Source of the DNA: an uncultured Clostridia bacterium
Lineage (GTDB): Bacteria; Bacillota; Clostridia; TANB77; CAG-508
Direction of reading: 5' to 3'
Assembly (NCBI GenBank): GCA_944387505.1
Contig: CALXFG010000001.1
Location: 13,167-77,166 of the forward strand
Length of the DNA stretch: 64,000 nucleotides
The notes beneath the pieces were generated by a model that searched no databases, had not been told where the DNA came from, and worked only from the letters and a program-made list of their open reading frames with translations. The translations under genes and the position numbers were made by a program. Numbering within the stretch: the first letter of the stretch is position 1; each line of letters opens with the position of its first letter. Positions 46,619-57,010 of the stretch are shown one piece after another.

Positions 46619-47104
46619 CTATTCTTTTTCTTTAAAAATTGTATCATCATTCTGTATCCAATTTTCTACATCTTCTACTCTATATTCTTTTTTCGTATCT
46701 CTCATAACTACTTTTTCAATTCCAGCATTAATAATCATTCTTTTACAAAAAGAACATGGCTCATTATCTTTTACATATTCTCCATTTCTTTGATTAATTC
46801 CTACTAAATACAATGTAGCACCTATCATATCTTTTCTTGCTGCACTAATGATTGCATTTTGTTCACTATGTACTGATCTACATCTTTCATACCCTTTTCC
46901 ACTTGGCATTTCACATTTTTGTCTTGTACAATATCCCAAATCAATGCAATTTTCTCTTCCTCTTGGAGCTCCCGTATATCCTGTTGAAATAATTTCATCA
47001 TTTTTTACAATAATACTTCCATAATTATTTCTAAGACAAGTTCCTCTTTCAGCTACACTTTCTGCAATGTCTAAATAGTAATTTACTTTATCTACTCTTT
47101 CCAT
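46619..47104 (-). CDS. comEB: dCMP deaminase (ComEB type)
   Basis: VHSEQNAI and PCSFCKRMI zinc-binding motifs. Start at MERVDKVNYY (47104), 8 nt after GGAGG. The longer ORF-track start reads into the repeat at 47145. Confidence 0.85.
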   Translation of the reverse strand: MERVDKVNYYLDIAESVAERGTCLRNNYGSIIVKNDEIISTGYTGAPRGRENCIDLGYCTRQKCEMPSGKGYERCRSVHSEQNAIISAARKDMIGATLYLVGINQRNGEYVKDNEPCSFCKRMIINAGIEKVVMRDTKKEYRVEDVENWIQNDDTIFKEKE

Positions 47105-47144
47105 AAAATCAGTTTTCCTCCTACATCCAACAGATGTTACAATC

Positions 47145-47173
47145 GGGATTTTTGAGTCCGTCCCCAAAATCCC
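47145..47173. repeat. solo copy of the family-1 terminal repeat
   Basis: GGGATTTTTGAGTCCGTCCCCAAAATCCC, here with a perfect 8-bp GGGATTTT/AAAATCCC stem, between the ABC-F gene and comEB. Confidence 0.65.
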
Positions 47174-47176
47174 TTT

Positions 47177-48760
47177 TTATTCTACTCCTAAATATTCATT
47201 ATAAGTAACTTCTCTGTCAACAATTTTTCCATTTTCTTTTATGTCGATGATTCTATTGGCAACTGTTTGTGTTAATTCATGGTCATGTGATGTAAATAAA
47301 ATATTTCCTGTAAATCTCTTCATTCCCTCATTTAATGACGTAATACTTTCCATGTCTAAATGGTTGGTTGGCTCATCAAATATTAAGAAATTGGCTCCTG
47401 ACAACATCATTTTTGATAATACACATCTTACTTTTTCTCCACCAGATAATACTTTTACTTGTTTTAAAGCTTCATCACCTGAAAATAACATTCTTCCTAA
47501 GAAACTTCTTACATAAGTTTCATCTGGATCTTTAGAATATTTTCTAAGCCAATCTGTTATATTTTCATCTGTTTCAAATAAATAGTTGTTATCCTTAGGG
47601 AAATATGATTTTGTAATGGTTGTTCCCCATACTAATTCCCCTTCATCTGGTTCCATTTCTCCTTCTATGATTTGGAATAACACTGTTTTTGCTAGTTCAT
47701 TATCTGCTAAAAAGGCAATTTTATTTCCTTGTTTTACATCAAATGAAATATGATCCAATAATTTTACACCATCAATTGTTTTTGAAATATTTTTTACTTG
47801 TAAAATTTCTCTTCCTGGTTCTCTATCTGGTTTAAAATCAATATATGGATATTTTCTATTAGATGGTTTGATTTCTTCTAACTCAATCTTCTCTAATGTT
47901 TTCTTTCTTGAAGTTGCTTGTTTTGATTTTGAAGCATTCGCACTAAATCTAGCAATGAACTCTTGTAATTCTTTTATTTTTTCCTCTTTCTTCTTATTTT
48001 GTTCTCTTGCTTGTTTTAAAGCTAATTGACTTGATTCATACCAGAAATCATAGTTTCCTGGATATACTTTTATCTTTCCAAAGTCAACATCAGCAATATG
48101 TGTACATACTTTATTTAAGAAATATCTATCATGTGATACAACAATCACTGTATTTTCAAAATCCATTAAGAAATCTTGTAGCCAGTTGATACTTTTCATG
48201 TCTAAGTCGTTTGTTGGCTCGTCTAATAATAAGACATCTGGATTTCCAAATAAACTTTGTGCTAATAATACTTTTACTTTTTCTTTTGCTTCAATTTCTT
48301 TCATGTATTTATAGTGGTTATCTGGTATGATTCCTAAATCATTTAATAGAATGGCAGCATCTGATTCTGCATTCCATCCATCTAATTCTGCAAACCTTTC
48401 TTCTAATTTTGCAGCTTTCATACCATCTTCTTCTGAAAAATCTGGTTTTGCATAAATGGCTTCTTTTTCTTTCATGATATCATATAACTCTTTATTTCCC
48501 ATGATGACAGTATCCATTACAGTATATTCTTCAAAAGCAAAGTGGTCTTGTTTTAATACAGATAATCTCTCTCCTTTATCTAAACTGACATCCCCTTTAC
48601 TTGGTTCTATTTCTCCTGATAATACTTTTAAGAAGGTAGATTTTCCTGCACCATTTGCTCCTATAATTCCATAACAATTTCCTTTTCCAAATTTTATATT
48701 AACATCTTCGAAAAGGACTCTTTTTCCAAATCTAACGGTTACTCCATTTGCACTTAGCAT
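47177..48760 (-). CDS. ABC-F family ATPase (soluble, two NBDs, no TMD)
   Basis: NBD1 has GANGAGKST, LSVLKQD, LLLDEPTNDLD. Charged linker with KKKEEKIKELQEFI. NBD2 has LSGGEKVR, LIFDEPTNHLD. Start taken at MLSANGV (48760). Confidence 0.88.
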   Translation of the reverse strand: MLSANGVTVRFGKRVLFEDVNIKFGKGNCYGIIGANGAGKSTFLKVLSGEIEPSKGDVSLDKGERLSVLKQDHFAFEEYTVMDTVIMGNKELYDIMKEKEAIYAKPDFSEEDGMKAAKLEERFAELDGWNAESDAAILLNDLGIIPDNHYKYMKEIEAKEKVKVLLAQSLFGNPDVLLLDEPTNDLDMKSINWLQDFLMDFENTVIVVSHDRYFLNKVCTHIADVDFGKIKVYPGNYDFWYESSQLALKQAREQNKKKEEKIKELQEFIARFSANASKSKQATSRKKTLEKIELEEIKPSNRKYPYIDFKPDREPGREILQVKNISKTIDGVKLLDHISFDVKQGNKIAFLADNELAKTVLFQIIEGEMEPDEGELVWGTTITKSYFPKDNNYLFETDENITDWLRKYSKDPDETYVRSFLGRMLFSGDEALKQVKVLSGGEKVRCVLSKMMLSGANFLIFDEPTNHLDMESITSLNEGMKRFTGNILFTSHDHELTQTVANRIIDIKENGKIVDREVTYNEYLGVE

Positions 48761-48913
48761 GTATTTCATTCCTTTCTTTTATGCTTTTTGCTTTTTATTG
48801 TATCTAACCCCTACTTTTATTTTATATGATTTTTTTAGTATACAATAAAATTAAGCTTCTTATCGTTGGTATTATATACTATTTTTACATATTTTTCAAG
48901 GATTTTACATACG

Positions 48914-48938
48914 GAAAAAAGAGTTCCTAAGAACTCCT
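48914..48938 (-). terminator. terminator candidate downstream of the DUF378 gene
   Basis: GAGTTC-CTAA-GAACTC hairpin, followed on the minus strand by TTTTTTCC. Confidence 0.45.
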
Positions 48939-48962
48939 TATATATTTTTTAGTTAGTTTATA

Positions 48963-49151
48963 TTAATCATCAAATAATAATTTAATACCCCATAAACCAG
49001 ATAATCCCACTAGCCCATAGACAATTCTTGATAAAACTGTCATTTCTCCAAATATTAAAGCTACTAAATCTAGTTCAAATAATGCAATTAATCCCCAGTT
49101 AATAGCACCAATGATAATTAAAACTAATGCGATTTTATCTATTACTTTCAT
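48963..49151 (-). CDS. DUF378-family small membrane protein
   Basis: 62 aa, two TM helices, IIGAINWGLIALF...LVGLSGL pattern typical of DUF378. Confidence 0.75.
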   Translation of the reverse strand: MKVIDKIALVLIIIGAINWGLIALFELDLVALIFGEMTVLSRIVYGLVGLSGLWGIKLLFDD

Positions 49152-49253
49152 TTCTTTTCCTCCTTTGACTATATTTTTATATTATTTTAACCTTTTTTTC
49201 TTTTAATTATACAATAATTGAAAATTTTTGTTTTTTTGTGATAATTTTAATTA

Positions 49254-49585
49254 AAAGGGATTTTGGGGACAGACAAAAAGGGATTTTGGGGACGGACTCA
49301 TTTTTCCCTTTTTGTTAATTAGAAATAAGAAAAAATATAGAATATAAAAAAATGAAACAATTTTGCGTATCTAAATTTGAATTTAGAAATTCTAAAATAA
49401 AAAAGTGAGGAAAGCTCATTTTGCTGATGATTTATAGCAACAATGAGAGAGGCTCACTTTTTTATTAAAGAATTTCTATGAAAATTTAGCTTATACAAAA
49501 TTGTGTAATGACTTTATATTCTATATTTTTTTAGTTTTCACAATTTATTAAAAAGGGAAAAAGGAGTCCGTCCCCCATTTCCCTT
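49254..49585. mobile_element. MITE-like palindromic element, family 1, copy B, with an extra partial terminus
   Basis: 49275-49585 is the near-full-length reverse complement of 31252-31564. One shared block is AAAAAATATAGAATATAAAAAAATG(A/G)AAC(A/G)ATTTTGCGTATCTAAATTTGAA. An additional partial end GGGATTTTGGGGACAGAC sits at 49258-49275. Confidence 0.75.
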
Positions 49586-50545
49586 TTAATTTAACATATC
49601 TTTTCTCTTTAACCACCATGTCACTACTAATGTTAAGACAACTGCAATTAGCACCATAATGATAAATCCCATTTGGCTATTTTCAAACGGTAATTTCACA
49701 TTCATTCCCCAAAAACTAGATATCATCGTAGGAATGGCTAGTACAATCGTAATAGATGTTAAAAACTTCATCACACCATTTAGGTTATTAGAAATGATAG
49801 AAGCATAAGCATCCATGGTTCCATTTAAGATATTTGTATATATTTGAGCCATTTCTATTGCTTGTCTATTTTCAATAATGGCATCTTCTAGTATATCTTC
49901 GTCATCATCATATAATTTTACAATTTTTCCTCTCATGGTTTTTTCCATGACGATTTCATTTGATTTTAATGATGTTGCAAAATATACCAAACCTTTTTCT
50001 AAACTTAATAATTTTAACAATTCTTTATTTTTCATAGAATTTTTTAAGATATATTCTGCAATTTCTGTTTCCTTATTAATTTGCTTTAAGTAATTTAAGA
50101 AGTATGATGCATTCAAATAAAAGATTTGAAAAATAAATCTAGTCTTTTTATATGTTTGAAAATTTTTGATTTTTCTTTTTTCAAAATCTTCTATGACTTT
50201 ATTTTTTCTTAAAGATACCGTTATGAAAAAGTCATCTCTAACAACTATCATTCCCAATGGCATGGTAGAATAGATATCATTATCTTCACTTTTTTCAATG
50301 ACGGGAACATCTATGACAAAAAGAATTGTATTGTCATCATCTTCTTCATCAATTCTGGCTTTTTCTTCATAGTCTAATGCATCTCTAATAAAGTCTTCTT
50401 GAATATTGATACTTTCACATACTCTTTTGATTTCATTTTCGGAGGGATTTACTAAATTAATCCAGCTTCCTTTTCTAAATTCTTTAATTTCTTCTAATTT
50501 GTTTGTTTCCATATTTGTGTTATAAATTTTTAGCAAATCTCTCAC
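49586..50545 (-). CDS. corA: CorA-family magnesium/cobalt transporter
   Basis: C-terminal two TM helices with the FWGMNV signature. The real start is probably TTG at 50536, 6 nt after GGGGTG, rather than GTG at 50545. Confidence 0.85.
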   Translation of the reverse strand: MRDLLKIYNTNMETNKLEEIKEFRKGSWINLVNPSENEIKRVCESINIQEDFIRDALDYEEKARIDEEDDDNTILFVIDVPVIEKSEDNDIYSTMPLGMIVVRDDFFITVSLRKNKVIEDFEKRKIKNFQTYKKTRFIFQIFYLNASYFLNYLKQINKETEIAEYILKNSMKNKELLKLLSLEKGLVYFATSLKSNEIVMEKTMRGKIVKLYDDDEDILEDAIIENRQAIEMAQIYTNILNGTMDAYASIISNNLNGVMKFLTSITIVLAIPTMISSFWGMNVKLPFENSQMGFIIMVLIAVVLTLVVTWWLKRKDMLN

Positions 50546-50636
50546 CCCTTTTTAAAATTTACATAATTTGTATTTAAAAACAAAAAAATAAATCTAATGT
50601 TTTTTTCTATATTTAGATTTATTTTTATTATTGTAA

Positions 50637-50712
50637 TGGTGCGCCATAGAGGAATCGAACCTCCGACCATCAGATTAAGAGTCTGCTGCTCTACCAACTG
50701 AGCTAATGGCGC
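50637..50712 (-). tRNA. tRNA-Lys (anticodon CTT)
   Basis: Reverse complement GCGCCATTAGCTCAGTTGGTAGAGCAGCAGACTCTTAATCTGATGGTCGGAGGTTCGATTCCTCTATGGCGCACCA, anticodon loop CTCTTAA. Confidence 0.9.
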
Positions 50713-50936
50713 ATTTTTCATTTAGACATATATTATTATACTACTTTTTTTCCTTTTGTCAAGAATAACTGTATCATGAATAAAATTTTTTATATTTATA
50801 AATCATAAAATACAATGCTATTATATGTCCTATAAGATTATTACAAGAATATAAGGAGTTTAACCATGTTGTATGCAGAAAAAAACAGCATTTTTACAAA
50901 AAACGCTGTTTTAAACTTTTTTCTTTTATCCATACC

Positions 50937-52982
50937 CTATTCTGTCGTTTTATTCTGTGTTTCAGTTTGTGTCCCTGATTCTGGTTTTTCTTCTACTTCC
51001 TCTGTTTTATCTGGTTTTTGTGTTGGAGTTGTTTCTTCTGGAGTTTGCTCTGCTGGTTTATTATTTGTTTGCGTATTGGTTGTAGGCTTCGTTGTAGATG
51101 GTGTTTGTGTAGTTGTAGATTTTGCTGTTCCTCTCTTAACAATTCTTTGCATTGCACTATAAGTATCTGTTGAAAGTAATTTTGTTGAAACAACTTTTCC
51201 ATTTAACATTTTTGTCATATATGTCTTAGAAACTAATCCATTTGTACCACTTTGTGTTACCACTTCTTTTCCAGCTGCTAAACTTGAATCTTCAATATAT
51301 TTTGTTGTATATGGTATAGTAGATACTGTTTCTGTTTTAAATGAATATGTATAATCTCTATCTGCTTCTTTTATTCCATATATAGAAACTGTTGCAACTC
51401 CACCTGTTGCTGAAGCCACAAGTCTTACAGGATATGTTCTTGTATTCTTAAATCTAAAATCTGTTAATCCATATACAACAGTTGCATCTCTTCCGGCATT
51501 AACATATGATGTAACAAATTGATGATTTCTTCTCTCTACAATTTCCATATCTGACATTAGAGCTGCATTATATAATGTTGAAGAAATTTGACAAATGCCT
51601 CCACCTAAACCATCTACTACTTGACCGTTTTCATATATTTTTCCATTTCTATAACCTGCTGCATATGTTCTTGGCCCTAATGTTTCATTATAAGAAAATG
51701 TTTCTCCTGGCATAAGTACTTTTCCATTTAATTTTCGACAAGCTATTACTAAGTTTGTTGTTCTATCCTTATCACTTGCATTATATTTTGTAGAAAACGT
51801 TGATAATCTATCTGGAAATGCTTCTGTTCCGATGTCTTCTATCGTTACTTTTGGTTTTGTTATCACTAACTCTATCACATATTCATCTTTTACTTCTGCT
51901 GCAATAATTTCTTTTGCCTTTTCTACATCAAAATCAATTCCTTCCACTTCTGGATAAACTGTAAATGGTTCTTTTGTATAGTAGGCATCTTTTGGTTCTT
52001 GATAGATTTCACTATGTATTTTGTCAATATCAATTTCTTGTGGTGTTTTTGTTTCCACTGGAATTTCTATTACATTTTCTGTTTCATGGATATCAGATAA
52101 CATATCTTTTACCTTTGATAAAAGTGTATCTGTACTGATAACCACGCCTTCTTTCCCTCTTGTAATTATTAATTCATCATCTTCTACACTATAACTAGAT
52201 TCTATCATAATTCCTGGTAAATTAGCACCAATATCATTAATCGTTTGCTTTGTTGTTTCCTCATTCATAGTCATATCTACATTAAAGTCTTTTTTACTAA
52301 TTAGTGTTCCTAATATATTATAATTATTGATAAATATATTTCCATTTCTTCCTAAAGAACATGCTTCATTCACCGCTTTTTCTATATCATAATTAACTTC
52401 CATAAGTGTTGGGTTTAATTCTGACTCAAAATCTTGATATTGAAGCATAATATTATTTTGCATTTTTTCGGAATACAATGTTTGTAATTTATTCATTGCC
52501 TCTTCTTTTGTCAATCCTGAAACCTCTACACCTTCGATTGTAACTCCACTAATAATTTTTTCATTATTCATATTCGTTAATGCAAATACCGTAGAAAATA
52601 ATAGTGCTAAAATGGCAATAATTATGATTGAAATAATTATTTTTTTTACTTTTTTTGTTTGTTTTTTGTCTGCTTGATTTTCTTTTTTCTTTTTATCTTT
52701 TTTTCCTTCTTTTATAGTCTCTTCTTTAGATTGTTTTTGAGTTTCCTGCTTTTCTTTTGACTTTTCATTTTTCTTTTCTTCTTTAATATCTTGCTTTTTC
52801 TCTGGTTCATTTTTATTTGTTTCTTCTATGTTTGTCTCTTCATTTCCTACTTTTTCATCTTGAATCATTTCTTCTTTGTCTTGTTCTTTTTTTATTTCTT
52901 CTCCTTGATTTTCTTCATGTACTTTTTCTTTCATTTCTTCTTTTGGCTCCATCTCTTTAGCCTCCATTAAATCTTCTTTCAT
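50937..52982 (-). CDS. VanW-family protein with G5 domain, K/E-rich N-terminus and T/P/Q-rich C-terminal tail
   Basis: TM anchor. VanW core (FSYNETLGPRT...GGGICQISSTLYNA...VERRNH). G5-like block (VVTQSGTNGLVSKTYMTKMLNGKV). Start taken at MKEDLMEA (52982), 7 nt after AAAGGGGA. Confidence 0.8.
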   Translation of the reverse strand: MKEDLMEAKEMEPKEEMKEKVHEENQGEEIKKEQDKEEMIQDEKVGNEETNIEETNKNEPEKKQDIKEEKKNEKSKEKQETQKQSKEETIKEGKKDKKKKENQADKKQTKKVKKIIISIIIIAILALLFSTVFALTNMNNEKIISGVTIEGVEVSGLTKEEAMNKLQTLYSEKMQNNIMLQYQDFESELNPTLMEVNYDIEKAVNEACSLGRNGNIFINNYNILGTLISKKDFNVDMTMNEETTKQTINDIGANLPGIMIESSYSVEDDELIITRGKEGVVISTDTLLSKVKDMLSDIHETENVIEIPVETKTPQEIDIDKIHSEIYQEPKDAYYTKEPFTVYPEVEGIDFDVEKAKEIIAAEVKDEYVIELVITKPKVTIEDIGTEAFPDRLSTFSTKYNASDKDRTTNLVIACRKLNGKVLMPGETFSYNETLGPRTYAAGYRNGKIYENGQVVDGLGGGICQISSTLYNAALMSDMEIVERRNHQFVTSYVNAGRDATVVYGLTDFRFKNTRTYPVRLVASATGGVATVSIYGIKEADRDYTYSFKTETVSTIPYTTKYIEDSSLAAGKEVVTQSGTNGLVSKTYMTKMLNGKVVSTKLLSTDTYSAMQRIVKRGTAKSTTTQTPSTTKPTTNTQTNNKPAEQTPEETTPTQKPDKTEEVEEKPESGTQTETQNKTTE

Positions 52983-53242
52983 ACGATCTTCCCCTTTTTC
53001 ATTCTTCTTAAATATTATCATATTCTTACTTTTTTGACAATATATTTATATAGTTTCGGATAAATTTTCTACTTATATATTTTTATTCAAATTAGCTTTT
53101 CCTCATTCATATGTTTGTTACAAAATAATTACAAAATGATTACATTTTCGATATTTTGTTTATTTTTAGAAAAAACACTTGAAGAATGTAAAATTTAATA
53201 TTATAATGTTTTTAGCAAAAGATAAATAAGGAGATTAAAAAA

Positions 53243-53719
53243 ATGGAATTATCAAAAAATATATTTTTTAATACTGATAAATTAGTTGAAAATACAAAAG
53301 TTAAAATCTCATACACAGGAGAATTATTTCAAAACAATTCAAATGAGGTTACTATTCACTATGGTTTTGGTGATAATTGGGATAATGTAAATGATGTTGT
53401 TATGGAAAAAACAGATTTAGGATTCCAAGCTGAAATTACATTAGGAGAAGGAAACACTTTTAATTTCTGTTTTAAAGATGAAAATAATAATTGGGATAAT
53501 AACAATGGTCAAAATTACATATTTAATTTAGAAAAACTTCCAACTGAATTATTAGTTTTAGATGATGAACCAATTTCATTAGGTTCTCCTAGAAAATTGA
53601 GAAGAGCTTATTTGTGGAGCAAAAAAATACGCTTAGCTGTATATAAAATTATTACATATCTTCCAAAAATCATTTCTGGAAACTATAAGAAAAAAGCAAC
53701 AAATAATAATGAAGAATAA
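53243..53719 (+). CDS. small carbohydrate-binding-module-like protein (CBM25/53-like) with a basic tail
   Basis: HYGFGDNWDNV...FCFKDENNNWDNNNGQNY resembles starch-binding CBM repeats. The assignment is tentative. Confidence 0.45.
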   Translation: MELSKNIFFNTDKLVENTKVKISYTGELFQNNSNEVTIHYGFGDNWDNVNDVVMEKTDLGFQAEITLGEGNTFNFCFKDENNNWDNNNGQNYIFNLEKLPTELLVLDDEPISLGSPRKLRRAYLWSKKIRLAVYKIITYLPKIISGNYKKKATNNNEE

Positions 53720-53725
53720 AATATA

Positions 53726-53756
53726 AGAGACTTTCAATACAAAAGTCTCTTTTTTG
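53726..53756 (+). terminator. rho-independent terminator
   Basis: AGAGACTTT-CAATACA-AAAGTCTCT followed by TTTTTT. Confidence 0.8.
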
Positions 53757-53834
53757 TTACTATAAAATTATTTTCTCTTATTTACTTAAGTATCCTTTAT
53801 AGTCAAATAGAACAGGTTTCATTTGACCCATTTT

Positions 53835-54563
53835 CTAAATTGCCCAACCGCCATTTATAGAAATAATTTGTCCTGTTGTAAAGTTATCTTCTACAAGCCA
53901 TTCTATACATTTGGCAATATCCTCTGGTTTACCTATTTTGACTAATGGTGTTTCTTCTTTTATTTGTTCAATTTCTTCATTTGAATATCTTTTATTCATA
54001 TCTGTATCTATATATCCAGGTGCTATGGAATTTACCCTTATATTAGAAGGTCCTAATTCTTTTGCTAAGGCTTTTGTCATTCCATCTATTCCTGCTTTTG
54101 TAGCAGAATACGCTACTGCACAAGAACCTCCATTTATGCCATAAATAGAAGAAATATTAATAATACATCCATTTTTTTGATTTAACATATATTTGATAAC
54201 TTCCTGTGTGGTACAAAAAACAGAATATAAATTCACTTTTACAATCTTATCCCAATCATCATCTGTAATATCTTGAAACATTTTCTCTTGATCAATTCCA
54301 GCATTATTAATTAGTATATCAATTCTTCCATATGTTTTTATGGTAGAATCAACCATTGCTTTTACTTGTTCTCTCTGAGATACATCTGCTTTAAAAATAT
54401 CTATCGAAATGTTTTCTTTTTCTAATTCTTCTTTTAATTTTTTTGCTTTTTCTTCAGATTGATTGTAATTTGCAACTACTTTTATATTTTTTCTTGCTAA
54501 AACTTCTACAATCGCTTTTCCGATTCCTCTTGAACCTCCTGTTACAATTGCTACTTTTTCCAT
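53835..54563 (-). CDS. short-chain dehydrogenase/reductase (FabG-like 3-oxoacyl reductase)
   Basis: TGGSRGIGKAI cofactor motif, NNAG, S...YSATKAG catalytic motif. Confidence 0.85.
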   Translation of the reverse strand: MEKVAIVTGGSRGIGKAIVEVLARKNIKVVANYNQSEEKAKKLKEELEKENISIDIFKADVSQREQVKAMVDSTIKTYGRIDILINNAGIDQEKMFQDITDDDWDKIVKVNLYSVFCTTQEVIKYMLNQKNGCIINISSIYGINGGSCAVAYSATKAGIDGMTKALAKELGPSNIRVNSIAPGYIDTDMNKRYSNEEIEQIKEETPLVKIGKPEDIAKCIEWLVEDNFTTGQIISINGGWAI

Positions 54564-54645
54564 ATTTTTACCTCTTCTTCTTTTATTTTACTTTTTCATT
54601 TTACCATTTTTTGTTGTAAATAGCAAACTACTTTCTTTTTATAAT

Positions 54646-56324
54646 TTAAATATTATGCCTCTTATATTTTTTTGCAATTTTAAATACGATAATACTAATT
54701 AATGTCATTACAAAAATGATTTTTGATACAAACATTACATTTGTTCCTACATATTCCACAACAACCTGTGCATTTGATATTTCTGGCAAAGAAATGGCTA
54801 AAAAACCATTTTCACTTTCAAAATTTTCTACTTTTTCATCATTTACGGTTATGTTATATCCTGGATAATATATATATGGAAATTCTACAATCGTTCCATT
54901 TTCTAAAGTACTTATCTTACAAGTTAAATTTTGACCCTTCTTATTTACTTCTTTAATCTCTCCTCTACCTTTTATCACATACACTGTATCTTCTCTTGTT
55001 CTTATATATTCTCTGTTATCGTTACTTTTTACAGGTAAATATTCTCCTTTTCCCATTCCAACAATAGTATCTCTTTTATTTTCTGTAACTTCTCCTATGG
55101 TATATTGATCAATATCTTGAATTTCTGGATTTTTTTGTAGTAATGGCATCAATAATCCTAGATATAGGATACAAATAGTAGAAATCACAATGATATCTTT
55201 ATCATTAAAGTTCTTTACTACCATATTCATATTAATAGCACAAATAATAGCAAGGAAGAAATTTGAAAATAATAGCATTCTCCATTTAAATTGTATAATT
55301 TGAAAAATATTTTCAAATATTCCCCATGGGAATTCTTTTATTGTTACTACAGTAGATATAATCCCTAAAATTAAGAATAAAATATATTCTTTTCTATATG
55401 TCTTATCAATCCCCTTTTTTATGGCAAATATAGATAAACAAAACATAAGTAAAATTGGTATTCCAACTTCAAAGACATGTGTTGTGTCTCCTTTGGTATC
55501 TGTATATAATAATGTTTTAATATCTAATCCACTTTCATATAAGGATTCTGTTGTTGCCATGCTCCCTTCTTGATATACTGCATAATTTGCAGCAAAATAA
55601 GTTTCCAGCATAGGCATCCAGAAAAATGCACTGATTCCAAGAATACATAATACAGAAATCCCTAATAGTTTTAAGATTTTCTTATCTTTTAATTTTACAA
55701 TATTGACACATACAAATATACCAGCCATAATCGCTGTTAACAATGTCATCAAAATATGTGTCAAAATCAAACCGAACAGTTCCTACACATAATATCCCTA
55801 TACCTTTTTCTTTTTCAAATATTTTATATACTCCTAAAAATACGAGTGGAATAAAGATATAACTTAGAAACTCCCCTAAGGCATTTCGAATATACATGTC
55901 ATTTAAGTGATATGGCATTAACATATATAAAATGGCTGCAAGAACTCCCACTTCTTTACTTTTGGTTAATTGACTCACAAACCAATACATAGTTATCCCG
56001 AGAAAGGAAAAGTCCTATAAATAAAGTAAATTTATATCCTCCTATAAAGGTTGTTGTTATACATTTTCCTATTAAAATGAATATGGTTGAAAAATTTCCA
56101 TAAAACAAATCCCAACTATATCCAAATCCATTGGTTAAACTAGATAAAACTTCTGTATTTTCTCCATTTGTAATTGATAGATAAGTTGCATAAGCCCTAG
56201 CTACATGTTGAATTCCATCATCATAATATACATCTAAATCTTTTCTAAAAAGAGGAATAGATGCAATTATGGATACTACCAAAATAATGAAAATATATTT
56301 ATATTTCTTTATTTTTTCTTTCAT
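54646..56324 (-). pseudogene. large polytopic membrane protein (glycosyltransferase-C/YfhO-like) disrupted by two frameshifts
   Basis: Three consecutive overlapping minus-strand ORFs (55956-56357, 55682-55990, 54646-55770) read as one multi-TM protein (..LMPYHLNDMYIRNALGEFLSYIFIPLVF..). The frame changes occur near 55970 and 55740. Confidence 0.55.
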
Positions 56325-56508
56325 TTGAATTTCCTTTCTTTTATTTAAGGTAAACATTTGAAACTTTAAATCTTTTACTTTTATAGCTTATCACAAATTA
56401 TGAAAAAAATATAGATAAGTTTTAATGAAATAAAAATCTAAAGATAAATTAAAAAATAACAAGATTTAAAAATCCTGTTATTTTTTAATTTCTTATTATA
56501 TTTGTTAA

Positions 56509-56904
56509 TTAATTTGAATAGGTATTTCTTATTTCTTCCAATATATCAATATTTTTCCCCATATTTGATACTGTACAGCTATATTGAGTGTCATTTATTT
56601 TATCAAAATTTAAATATAAATCTGAATTTGATTTTATATTATCTATATCAATGTTTGTAGAACTATTAAAATAAATTTTATAATAAATATCTTTATAAGT
56701 AAGAGGTACTTCTATTTTTTCTAAATGGATTTCATTATAAAATTCATCTAAATTTAATAAAGAAATAATCTCTCTTTTTTCATCCTCATTTATATCATTC
56801 AGTTTTGTAATATCATCTCCAAAAAGATTGTACATAAAAAATATTATTATTAACAAAAATATTATTAAAATAATTTCAATCATTGATATCCCTATTTTTT
56901 TCAT
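56509..56904 (-). CDS. hypothetical membrane-anchored protein (131 aa)
   Basis: N-terminal TM helix, GGAG RBS, no known motif. Confidence 0.5.
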   Translation of the reverse strand: MKKIGISMIEIILIIFLLIIIFFMYNLFGDDITKLNDINEDEKREIISLLNLDEFYNEIHLEKIEVPLTYKDIYYKIYFNSSTNIDIDNIKSNSDLYLNFDKINDTQYSCTVSNMGKNIDILEEIRNTYSN

Positions 56905-57010
56905 AACTCCTCCATAAACTATCTAAAATTTCACTAATAAAACTATTCCTTATTTGAACTTTTATTGTCACCAAATATTATAATAAATACTCTGCTATAA
57001 GAACATAATT

